The notes under the pieces are model-generated. The model was not told the origin of the DNA. It ran no database searches and worked only from the letters and a program-made list of their open reading frames with translations. This document shows positions 26,101 through 38,034 of a stretch of DNA of 64,000 nt, in pieces. The DNA lies in NCBI RefSeq assembly GCF_009914755.1, contig NC_060930.1, one strand, 5' to 3'. Each line of letters opens with the position of its first letter. Positions within the stretch are counted from its first letter, which is position 1. A program made the position numbers and the translations under genes. The stretch comes from the human T2T-CHM13v2.0 reference genome, Homo sapiens.

Positions 26101-29100
26101 AGAACTATGTCATAACCCTTAGGAGTGAGTGAGAAAGGTAGAACTATGTCATAACTCTTAGGAGTGAGTGGGAAAGGTAGAACTATGTCATAACTCTTAG
26201 GAGTGAGTGGGAAAGGTAGAACTATGTCATAACTCTTAGGAGTGAGTGGGGAAGGTAGAACTATGTCATAACTCTTAGGAGTGAGTGAGAAAGGTAGAAC
26301 TATGTCATAACTTAGGAGTGAGTGGGGAAGGTAGAACTATGTCATAACTCTTAGAAGTGAGTGGGAAAGGTAGAACTATGTCATAACTTAGGAGTGAGTG
26401 GGAAAGGTAGAACTATGTCATAACCCTTAGGAGTGAGTGAGAAAGGTAGAACTATGTCATAACTCTTAGGAGTGAGTGGGAAAGGTAGAACTATGTCATA
26501 ACTCTTAGGAGTGAGTGGGAAAGGTAGAACTATGTCATAACTCTTAGGAGTGAGTGGGGAAGGTAGAACTATGTCATAACTCTTAGGAGTGAGTGGGGAA
26601 GGTAGAACTATGTCATAACTCTTAGGAGTGAGTGAGAAAGGTAGAACTATGTCATAACTTAGGAGTGAGTGGGGAAGGTAGAACTATGTCATAACTCTTA
26701 GAAGTGAGTGGGAAAGGTAGAACTATGTCATAACTCTTAGGAGTGAGTGAGAAAGGTAGAACTATGTCATAACTCTTAGTAGTGAGTGGGGAAGGTAGAA
26801 CTATGTCATAACTCTTAGGAGTGAGTGAGAAAGGTAGAACTATGTCATAACCCTTAGGAGTGAGTGGGGAAGGTAGAACTATGTCATAACTCTTAGGAGT
26901 GAGTGAGAAAGGTAGAACTATGTCATAACTCTTAGGAGTGAGTGGGGAAGGTAGAACTATGTCATAACTCTTAGGAGTGAGTGAGAAAGGTAGAACTATG
27001 TCATAACCCTTAGGAGTGAGTGGGGAAGGTAGAACTATGTCATAACTCTTAGGAGTGAGTGGGGAAGGTAGAACTATGTCATAACTTAGGAGTGAGTGGG
27101 AAAGGTAGAACTATGTCATAACTCTTAGGAGTGAGTGAGAAAGGTAGAACTATGTCATAACTCTTAGGAGTGAGTGGGGAAGGTAGAACTATGTCATAAC
27201 TCTTAGGAGTGAGTGAGAAAGGTAGAACTATGTCATAACTCTTAGGAGTGAGTGGGGAAGGTAGAACTATGTCATAACTCTTAGAAGTGAGTGGGAAAGG
27301 TAGAACTATGTCATAACTCTTAGGAGTGAGTGGGGAAGGTAGAACTATGTCATAACCCTTAGGAGTGAGTGAGAAAGGTAGAACTATGTCATAACCCTTA
27401 GGAGTGAGTGAGGAAGGTAGAACTATGTCATAAGCCTTAGGAGTGAGTGGGGAAGGTAGAACTATGTCATAACTTAGGAGTGAGTGGGGAAGGTAGAACT
27501 ATGTCATAACTCTTAGAAGTGAGTGGGAAAGGTAGAAGTATGTCATAACTCTTAGGAGTGAGTGAGGAAGGTAGAACTATGTCATAACCCTTAGGAGTGA
27601 GTGAGGAAGGTAGAACTATGTCATAACCCTTAGGAGTGAGTGGGGAAGGTAGAACTATGTCATAACTCTTAGGAGTGAGTGGGGAAGGTAGAACTATGTC
27701 ATAACTCTTAGGAGTGAGTGGGGAAGGTAGAACTATGTCATAAGCCTTAGGAGTGAGTGAGAAAGGTAGAACTATGTCATAACCCTTAGGAGTGAGTGGG
27801 GAAGGTAGAACTATGTCATAACCCTTAGGAGTGAGTGAGGAAGGTAGAACTATGTCATAACCCTTAGGAGTGAGTGGGGAAGGTAGAACTATGTCATAAC
27901 TCTTAGGAGTGAGTGGGGAAGGTAGAACTATGTCATAAGCCTTAGGAGTGAGTGGGGAAGGTAGAACTATGTCTTAACTCTTAGGAGTGAGTGGGAAAGG
28001 TAGAACTATGTCATAACTCTTAGGAGTGAGTGGGGAAGGTAGAACTATGTCATAACTCTTAGGAGTGAGTGGGGAAGGTAGAACTATGTCATAACTCTTA
28101 GGAGTGAGTGAGAAAGGTAGAACTACGTCATAAGCCTTAGGAGTGAGTTGGGAAGGTAGAACTATGTCATAACTCTTAGGAGTGAGTGGGGAAGGTAGAA
28201 CTATGTCATAACTCTTAGAAGTGAGTGGGAAAGGTAGAACTATGTCATAACTTAGGAGTGAGTGGGAAAGGTAGAACTATGTCATAACCCTTAGGAGTGA
28301 GTGAGAAAGGTAGAACTATGTCATAACTCTTAGGAGTGAGTGGGAAAGGTAGAACTATGTCATAACTCTTAGGAGTGAGTGGGAAAGGTAGAACTATGTC
28401 ATAACTCTTAGGAGTGAGTGGGGAAGGTAGAACTATGTCATAACTCTTAGGAGTGAGTGAGGAAGGTAGAACTATGTCATAACCCTTAGGAGTGAGTGAG
28501 GAAGGTAGAACTATGTCATAACCCTTAGGAGTGAGTGGGGAAGGTAGAACTATGTCATAACTCTTAGGAGTGAGTGGGAAAGGTAGAACTATGTCATAAC
28601 TCTTAGGAGTGAGTGGGAAAGGTAGAACTATGTCATAACTCTTAGAAGTGAGTGGGAAAGGTAGAACTATGTCATAACTCTTAGGAGTGAGTGGGAAAGG
28701 TAGAACTATGTCATAACCCTTAGGAGTGAGTGAGGAAGGTAGAACTATGTCATAACCCTTAGGAGTGAGTGGGGAAGGTAGAACTATGTCATAACTCTTA
28801 GGAGTGAGTGGGGAAGGTAGAACTATGTCATAACTCTTAGGAGTGAGTGGGGAAGGTAGAACTATGTCATAAGCCTTAGGAGTGAGTGAGAAAGGTAGAA
28901 CTATGTCATAACCCTTAGGAGTGAGTGGGGAAGGTAGAACTATGTCATAACCCTTAGGAGTGAGTGAGGAAGGTAGAACTATGTCATAACCCTTAGGAGT
29001 GAGTGGGGAAGGTAGAACTATGTCATAACTCTTAGGAGTGAGTGGGGAAGGTAGAACTATGTCATAACTCTTAGGAGTGAGTGGGGAAGGTAGAACTATG

Positions 29101-31315
29101 TCTTAACTCTTAGGAGTGAGTGGGAAAGGTAGAACTATGTCATAACTCTTAGGAGTGAGTGGGGAAGGTAGAACTATGTCATAACTCTTAGGAGTGAGTG
29201 GGGAAGGTAGAACTATGTCATAACTCTTAGGAGTGAGTGAGAAAGGTAGAACTACGTCATAAGCCTTAGGAGTGAGTTGGGAAGGTAGAACTATGTCATA
29301 ACTCTTAGGAGTGAGTGGGGAAGGTAGAACTATGTCATAACTCTTAGAAGTGAGTGGGAAAGGTAGAACTATGTCATAACTTAGGAGTGAGTGGGAAAGG
29401 TAGAACTATGTCATAACCCTTAGGAGTGAGTGAGAAAGGTAGAACTATGTCATAACTCTTAGGAGTGAGTGGGAAAGGTAGAACTATGTCATAACTCTTA
29501 GGAGTGAGTGGGAAAGGTAGAACTATGTCATAACTCTTAGGAGTGAGTGGGGAAGGTAGAACTATGTCATAACTCTTAGGAGTGAGTGGGGAAGGTAGAA
29601 CTATGTCATAACTCTTAGGAGTGAGTGAGAAAGGTAGAACTATGTCATAACTTAGGAGTGAGTGGGGAAGGTAGAACTATGTCATAACTCTTAGAAGTGA
29701 GTGGGAAAGGTAGAACTATGTCATAACTTAGGAGTGAGTGGGAAAGGTAGAACTATGTCATAACCCTTAGGAGTGAGTGAGAAAGGTAGAACTATGTCAT
29801 AACTCTTAGGAGTGAGTGGGAAAGGTAGAACTATGTCATAACTCTTAGGAGTGAGTGGGAAAGGTAGAACTATGTCATAACTCTTAGGAGTGAGTGGGGA
29901 AGGTAGAACTATGTCATAACTCTTAGGAGTGAGTGGGGAAGGTAGAACTATGTCATAACTCTTAGGAGTGAGTGAGAAAGGTAGAACTATGTCATAACTT
30001 AGGAGTGAGTGGGGAAGGTAGAACTATGTCATAACTCTTAGAAGTGAGTGGGAAAGGTAGAACTATGTCATAACTCTTAGGAGTGAGTGAGAAAGGTAGA
30101 ACTATGTCATAACTCTTAGTAGTGAGTGGGGAAGGTAGAACTATGTCATAACTCTTAGGAGTGAGTGAGAAAGGTAGAACTATGTCATAACCCTTAGGAG
30201 TGAGTGGGGAAGGTAGAACTATGTCATAACTCTTAGGAGTGAGTGAGAAAGGTAGAACTATGTCATAACTCTTAGGAGTGAGTGGGGAAGGTAGAACTAT
30301 GTCATAACTCTTAGGAGTGAGTGAGAAAGGTAGAACTATGTCATAACCCTTAGGAGTGAGTGGGGAAGGTAGAACTATGTCATAACTCTTAGGAGTGAGT
30401 GGGGAAGGTAGAACTATGTCATAACTTAGGAGTGAGTGGGAAAGGTAGAACTATGTCATAACTCTTAGGAGTGAGTGAGAAAGGTAGAACTATGTCATAA
30501 CTCTTAGGAGTGAGTGGGGAAGGTAGAACTATGTCATAACTCTTAGGAGTGAGTGAGAAAGGTAGAACTATGTCATAACTCTTAGGAGTGAGTGGGGAAG
30601 GTAGAACTATGTCATAACTCTTAGAAGTGAGTGGGAAAGGTAGAACTATGTCATAACTCTTAGGAGTGAGTGGGGAAGGTAGAACTATGTCATAACCCTT
30701 AGGAGTGAGTGAGAAAGGTAGAACTATGTCATAACCCTTAGGAGTGAGTGAGGAAGGTAGAACTATGTCATAAGCCTTAGGAGTGAGTGGGGAAGGTAGA
30801 ACTATGTCATAACTTAGGAGTGAGTGGGGAAGGTAGAACTATGTCATAACTCTTAGAAGTGAGTGGGAAAGGTAGAACTATGTCATAACTCTTAGGAGTG
30901 AGTGAGGAAGGTAGAACTATGTCATAACCCTTAGGAGTGAGTGAGGAAGGTAGAACTATGTCATAACCCTTAGGAGTGAGTGGGGAAGGTAGAACTATGT
31001 CATAACTCTTAGGAGTGAGTGGGGAAGGTAGAACTATGTCATAACTCTTAGGAGTGAGTGGGGAAGGTAGAACTATGTCATAAGCCTTAGGAGTGAGTGA
31101 GAAAGGTAGAACTATGTCATAACCCTTAGGAGTGAGTGGGGAAGGTAGAACTATGTCATAACCCTTAGGAGTGAGTGAGGAAGGTAGAACTATGTCATAA
31201 CCCTTAGGAGTGAGTGGGGAAGGTAGAACTATGTCATAACTCTTAGGAGTGAGTGGGGAAGGTAGAACTATGTCATAAGCCTTAGGAGTGAGTGGGGAAG
31301 GTAGAACTATGTCAT
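17140..31315. repeat. Very large 39-bp minisatellite/VNTR (~14.2 kb, ~365 units; ggaaggtagaactatgtcataactcttaggagtgagtgg) in a FAM120B intron, with higher-order organisation
   Basis: Uninterrupted tandem array. Common variants are actc/accc/agcc, gggg/ggga/gaga/gagg, and 37-bp units lacking 'ct'. The first unit (17140-17160) is degenerate and the array ends abruptly at gtcat|ttaca. Confidence 0.99.
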
Positions 31316-32653
31316 TTACAGATGTATCATCAAGAACATGCCCCATCCTGCCCTGATCTCAGAAGGCAGGTGGAGTGGGACCTGTTTGGTACTGACTCCT
31401 CTGGGAATGATAAGAGTCACAGGCTTTTCTTTATTTCTTTCATTTTCTTCCAGAGGTGGCCTGCTGTGGTAGCTTCAGACAGGCTGACTTTGTCTCAAGC
31501 GCTGGTTCTGCCCCTTCCCAGTGGCCTGCCCTTAGGGGATCCCTGGACCACTGGGCTGCTCCCTGGCTTCTGATCAGTGTGGCCTGACCGGCTGCAGGGA
31601 CGGCACCTCCACAGCACCAGCATCCAGGCAGAGGGGATCGTGGCCACTTCTTCCAAAACCAAGTTTTTCCTTTCCTGGCATTAATTCTAACATTTCTCTT
31701 AATATTTATGTCAAACTATTTTGTTAAAGAGTTTTTTCTGTTAAAAATAAAGCAATGTCCGTCCTACCTCAGTATCGCTGTTCTTGCAGAATGAAGTGAA
31801 GCAGGAACATCACCAAAGCCTGCAGGTGTGGCCTGGCGGGAGCAGAGCCATCTGCTTCTCCCAGGGCTCCCCCAGAGCATGGCCCCCAGGTCAAGTGCCA
31901 GGAAGGATGCCATGCACATTGGCTTCTTTCTTTCATGTGACGACAGAGACTACAGGAGCATCTTTAAACTAGACCAAAAGAACCCCCTTCCTTGGATTGA
32001 CAGGAAGCAGCTTTCTTCCGATTCTGTTAGCAGAGAACAGTGTCCAGAAATTTCTCATCCTCATGCAAATTAAAACAGCATAATGACTTTCCATAGGCGG
32101 AATTGTAGCTAGTCATCCTCAGCCCTGGGTCCCTGCCAGGGGAAAGTCTCACTCTTGGAACCCTGTGTGCCTCTGCAGCAGATCCCTCGGCCATCCAGTA
32201 ACAGGAACCCCCCAGTCGCCCCGGTCTTGCCAGAAGTCCAGAGGCCACCATGGTTTCCTCGTCCTGCCTGATGGCAGCTCCTTGGGGCAGGCTGAGCTAA
32301 GCCTGAGGGGTCTCCAAGTGGCATTCAGCAGCTGGTGTGTGGGTGAGGAGAGAGCCCTCAGATGGACACAGGTTTGGGGGTGACAGGACATGGGGGGCTG
32401 GCAGGAGACAGACAGAGGCAGTGTCCCATCAGGACTGAGCTGGAGAAGGAGGCCGTCCAGAAGCTGGCAGAGAAGAGAGGCTCTGAGGATAGAAGCTGAC
32501 AGAAAGGGCCAGGGAGCAGGGAGGGAGGGAGCAAAGGCCGCTGTCCCCTGCAGGAGCCAGGACAGGCACCGCCAGTATCTCCAGGAGTGCTTATTTCTTA
32601 CTTCTTTCTGCCTGTAATAGTATAAGCTACTGATAGGAAGCAGAAAATTTATA

Positions 32654-32884
32654 CAGGCTGAGTATCCCAAGTCTGAGATCCAGAATGCTCCACAGTCCAG
32701 AATTTTTGCCCACCAACAGGACACTCAAAGGAAATGCTCCTTGAAGCATTTTGGAATTTCGGATATTCAGATTAGGGTTGCTGAACCCCGGTAAGTATAA
32801 TGCAGATATTCCAAAATCTGAAAAAAATCTGAAACCTGAACTACTTCTGGTTCCAAGCATTTCAGAAAGGGGTTACTCAGCCTG
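32654..32884. mobile_element. Tigger4a/MER46-like MITE
   Basis: TIRs caggctgagtatccc ... gggttactcagcctg with TA on both sides. Opposite orientation to the 7357 copy. Confidence 0.8.
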
Positions 32885-35545
32885 TAGTAAACAACCCAGG
32901 GCTGCCTCCGCAGCCTGCATCTGTGTGGCTTTGGATGCATGATGGCCACAGGCCTCCCCAAGAGGCACTCTCTCTTCCCCGAACATGCCATCCTCCCTCA
33001 GGACTCCCTGCGCCCTGGGCTCTGTGGGCCCTGCACCCTGCGTGTCCCACGCTTCAGTCCCTCATCATCTTTGCTGTGTTCCCACTGCTGAGGGTGCTGT
33101 GCACGTCCCAGGATGGACCTAAGGAGGCAGGCTCAGCAGACGAAGGCCCCTGTTTGTGCGCCCTCTTAAATATTAAATATTAAATCTAGTCTTGCTTTAA
33201 TATTTGCTTCCTGTAGATTCCCGAATCCCTGAGCTGGTCCGCAAGGCTGTGGGGGTGGCAGAGGTCCTCCCTAGACTCTGCATTTTGCCAAGCTTTCCAT
33301 AGCATGCCCAGTAATTTGCTTTTAAATCTAGTACGCACACCTGTAAGTACCACTTTAGCACAAGCTTCATTTCTGACATACATTTCTTTAGGATGTCATT
33401 GACAAATATAAATAAAAAGCCAAGTAACCAAAGTGAGTTAGTAGCTCTTCCTGACCCAGAAAGGAGCACGGAGGAGATGTGAGCAGTGGGCACAGGAGCA
33501 GTGCGGGCACGCTGGCCCTGCTGAGTGAAGCACGCGTGACCAGGAGAGCAGCTCCACACCTGTCTCTGTCGCCTCGTTCCTAAGTCACTATTAAGTGAAG
33601 TGGGCTCTCCCGGGCTCTGCGGAGCCCACAGCCCTCCAGAAAAAGGAGGAGACAGTTGGGCTACATGGCGTGAACTCCAGGTGTAGGGTTCCCTTCTCAC
33701 CACCTACAGGACCACTTTGAATTTCAGGAATGATTCGGAACTCGAAGGAATGTTTGTCAGTCTGGGTGCAAGGCCTAAGGGAGCATGTTTTACCACTTCT
33801 GTTCTGGTCACTTAGAAACAATAAAACTGTAATGACCTCAGCAGCTGGAGCCTAACACCACTTCAAGGCTGTGCCCTAGTTTCATAAATAGGTCTTTGAA
33901 GAAGATCCCTGCTTTATTGGAGTAGATCATAACAGTAACACAGAAATCAAAGAGTGGTGATGCGTGTGGGTTTGGGGCCAGAAAGTAGCTCTGGGAGACT
34001 CTTAGGTTAAAGGCAAAATTGAGATGTTAAATGCTGAGTTTGTGTCAGATTTAAGAGTTTAGGAATGAGAGTGGGAGAAATTAAGCCGTTCTTGCAAGAC
34101 AGAAGCAAGGATGCTATATTTCATTTGCATTCTGCCTTCCATGCGGAAGTAGTTACAAAAGTGATATTAGTGGTGCCTGTGTGTATTCTAATTTCAGAGA
34201 TTCCAGTATAAAGTGTATGTTATACACACATGCACACACACTGCTCTCATCAGGACTGGAATCTGCTTTTCAGACCAAGTAATCCACCTTTTCAGTTGTA
34301 ATTACTGTGAGGGAGTTTGGGGCAGCACATTTCTCCTGGGTTTTGCCTACCTTCAACTCCTCTTTTGGTATTTCTTGAAGATATTAAAGTAGTTCAAGTA
34401 GAAAGTTGTCACTATTTCCAGGGCAATTGATAGGTAAAATTTCTTGTGTTAGTAAAAAAACTAAAAATGCCTCTTCATGAAAGTATTCAGTCACTGCCAA
34501 AAGTTGTCAAGTTTCTGGAGCCTGAGTGTGTGGACAGGTAGGGGGTCCTGGGGAGCCTGGCCTGAACTCTCTGGTCCACTTCAAAGGCCTCAGAGCTCAG
34601 TGCAGGCAGCTGCCCCGAGAACAAAGGCTGCTCAAGTGAGAAGGCTTTAACCTCTTCCTTGCTGTTGCTCAGCCCCGCTGGAAAGAGATGACGTGTTAAA
34701 TTCCACAGTCCATAGCTACAATTTGCCTGTGATTTTCCAGATTGTCACTTCTCTGTGGTGATTCTGTAGGAGGCCTGCCATAAAACTGCTGTGATCATCT
34801 GTGGTAACAAGGGTGGGGGCAGAGTAACAAGGGTCTGGAAACCTCACTTTGGCTGTAGCCCTCTCCTTTCACACCTTCTGCCGGAGCCCACACTTTTGGG
34901 GGAGGGGAGAGACCCAGGCTGCCCACGGCAGGAGTGGGTCAGAGGAGAGGCATGGAGACCATCCCCAGTCACGGCAAGTGAAGGCTCTTGCCGTCATACA
35001 CCAGAAGATAACTCAGAGCAGGGAACTCTGGAAGAAAAGTGTTATTTTTAAAATGTGAAAAACTGTCACCGTTTTTGCTACTAGTAGGGAGGTTCTGCCC
35101 CGAGTCTCTTCCCAACGTTCCCTGTCTATCAGAAAGGCAGACAGTAGCCACCCAGGCTGGGCCAGCCGCAGAAAGAGCTGCACGTGGGCTTTTCTGTGTT
35201 GGCAGAACGTCCATGGTGAGCCATCTGCATGTGAATTTCCATTTCCAAAAGTCGTCAGCAATAGTAAATGCCTAGAAATCACGCAGATGGATGGAGCTGG
35301 TGTGAAGAGGAACAACTTTGACATTGTTTCCTTCCACGAACCTCTTAATTAATTGCTTCCACTTTAATGGAATAATTATGGAACACAGTTTTAATGGCAT
35401 GTGGCCACAACTGTAAAGAGGATAAAGCTGTGTCCTCCAAATACAGCTCAGCATCTTTGTTCATACTTAGAAATGTGCAGCATTCTTGTTTGTGTATTGA
35501 GAGAGATTTAATTCTTACTTTGGTTTTCATGTCTGTTTACTGCAG

Positions 35546-35586
35546 GAAGCAGACAGTATGAGCATGACCAGTGGAGAAGGTACTAG
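35546..35586 (+). CDS. FAM120B: FAM120B last coding segment (G)SRQYEHDQWRRY*; the exon continues to 35597
   Basis: Acceptor tctgtttactgcag|, in-frame TAG at 35584-35586 and strong donor CAG|gtaagt at 35598. Confidence 0.88.
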
Positions 35587-36053
35587 TCAACCTCCAGGTA
35601 AGTTCATCACCTGCATCTCCAGAAGAAATCAGTCACATGTCTGTCTTAATAACATAAATCTTCCATATCAAGTACCAAAGTAAACAGAACTCAGATATTG
35701 AATCCTGCTGACCTGGTGCCGAGTTAACTTGGTTTCAAAACACTCTTGCTTCCTCCAGAAAGAGTATGGAGAGAAAAAGAGGCACACCTGGACGCAGAGC
35801 CCTGCCAGCGCCCTCCTCTGCTGTTGCAGCTGCAAGGAGACCATGCCTGTGGGAGCCAAGCCTCGCTTGCATGAAGAAGGAACGATGCCTTTTTCAATGG
35901 TGTCTCCCTCCCATTGTGCAGAAGAGCTTTTGTTGGCTTCTCTCCCGAGCTTGTGCCTGATTCTGTGGCCCAAAACAATCATTGTTAACATCTTCATGTG
36001 TTTCATTCTGATCTTTCATTCATATATATGATGCCTAGCTAATTTCATTTTAA

Positions 36054-36090
36054 AATAAATGGGAATCTGTTGTATTCTGATTTTTTATTA
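36054..36090 (+). terminator. Proximal polyadenylation signal with a GU/U-rich downstream element
   Basis: AATAAA at 36054-36059 followed by ctgttgtattctgatttttt. Confidence 0.65.
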
Positions 36091-36147
36091 GCAACACTAG
36101 ATTATGAGGGGTTATCTCCTGTTATTAAAAAGTCAGAAAACACTATA

Positions 36148-36590
36148 CAGTAGTCCTCCCTTGTCTGCGGGGGAGACATCCCAAGACCCTCAGTGGATGC
36201 CTGAGACTGGATAGTATGGAATCCTACATATCTATACCGTGGCTTTTTCCTCTACGTACATACCATGATAAAGCTTAACAAAGAACAGTGAGAGATTAAC
36301 AGCAACCAATAACTAATAAAAGCTATGTGAATGTGGTCTCTGTCAAAATATCGTGCTGTAATCACCCTTCTTGCTATCTGAAAACCAAGAAGACCACTAA
36401 GTGACTAATGGTCAGAGAAGCTGGATGAGGGGCTGATTCATGTCCTGGGCATGACAGAGCGGGAGGCACAAGGTTTCATCACACTATTCACAATGGCGAG
36501 CAAGTTAAAACGGATTTCCCATTTAATTTAATTTTCAGACTTCAGTTGACCATGAGTAACCGAAACCACAGAAAGTGAAGCTGGGGATAT
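36148..36590. mobile_element. MER44-like (Tigger7 family) DNA transposon remnant in the extended 3' UTR
   Basis: Starts ta-cagtagtcctcccttgtctgcggggga...ccaagaccctcagtggatgcctga and ends ...gttgaccatgagtaaccgaaaccacagaaagtgaagc. Confidence 0.7.
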
Positions 36591-38028
36591 TTCAGAAATT
36601 CTTTTCTAATCAGAAATTCTAATCAAACATAAGTTTCCAACTATGTGTTCTCTTGGTCCTCAGAAGTGTTTGAATAGAAAAGTAACAACTAACTTCCCAT
36701 CTTTCTGGTGGAAGAGTTAATTCTGCCTGGAGGGTTCTGCCTGGGAGACATGACAGCATGTGTGTGACTCCTGTGTCTGTTTCTGTGGGGTCATCCCTTT
36801 CGTTTCATTTTGCCAGGGCCTGGCTCAGGATTTTTTATGGCAGTGCCTGTGAAGACAAGCCTGGCCCTCCATCCAGTCACACAGGAAATCCACAGAGAGC
36901 ATGCTGAGAGCAGCCAGCGGCTGGGCTGCCATCAGGCCTGGTTTATGATGCCACAAGTGAATGGCACGTTTGTTCCTCTTTATCTCTGAGCATTGAAGGA
37001 CTTTTGGTTAAAAAAAAAATTAAGTTCAGAGTAATCCTTTTCATGGAAGAATCTTCAGGTCACCAAAGAATTGAAATTTTAAGCCCCAGATTGTACTGAG
37101 CTGTACCTGTGGGAAAAGGAATGGCCAGGGTATTGATGATGGAAAAGATTCAAATGAGGAGTTAGAAGGCAAGCCCTCTGTGGGCAGCCGTCTTCCAGAA
37201 ACCTCGAACTTATGTCTGTCTCCACCTGAGAAAGGAGAAGAAAAGCTGGTGGTGACCCCTGCTCCTGCTGGGCCATGCCATGGCTCTGAAGATGCCCCGT
37301 GTTCTTAGGAGGTGCTCACCCCTGGCACCTAAAGACATTTCCTTCTGGTTGTTGCTCTTTAAAAACAAAATAAGCCCCTGAACGTGCTTGCAGGCCAGTT
37401 TGTGTGCCTGCACTTGACGAATTACCTTGACCAACGGGCCAAAGGCACAGAGCTCCAAGGCATCATCTTTCCTTAAAATCCTGAGTGTTTATTAAAAAGG
37501 GACATGGTCTCTAGGTATCTTATTACATTTGTATTTCTTACATTTGAAATATCCTAACCGCTCCCTTCGGTTTCTTCTTAAGAACATTTACATCTAATTA
37601 TTTTTCGTGCAAGTCTTGTAGGACCCACATGTTTTCCTAGCTTTGGAAATCGATTTTTTTCATTCCTCTTATGAGGATTTCCCTATGTCAGTAAACATTA
37701 ACTTTCTATTTCTTCCATTTTTGCTCATTTGAAACCCCTGCTGCTTCTAGATCTATTTCTTTGCACTTGTATAACTTTGAAATAAATTCCTCATCCCTTA
37801 GACTAAGAGAGTGGGTGTCTGTGAAAATTGTTTTCTCCTTCATAATACCTAAATTCTAGTTTGTCAGTAAAATATTTGTGTTTGGTTAACAAGCTCTTAT
37901 TTAAGCCATTGAGTTAGTATAATCTTTATTACCTTTGAAAAACCAGAGAGCTGAATTTTTTGTCATTCTAAGTTGTAAGTAACACTGCAGTCAAGTCTTC
38001 TGATGAAATTTCCATATATCAAATTGAA

Positions 38029-38034
38029 AATAAA
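38029..38034 (+). terminator. Candidate distal polyadenylation signal
   Basis: AATAAA in an AU-rich context, with TGTA upstream (~37974) and U-rich sequence downstream. Confidence 0.5.

Noticed and set aside
17140-31315. CRISPR-like array (regular ~39-bp periodicity)
   Set aside because: Units are head-to-tail with no unique spacers and no cas genes, and the context is a primate intron.
17140-31315. Interstitial telomeric repeat
   Set aside because: There is only one TTAGGA per 39 bp and no (TTAGGG)n runs.
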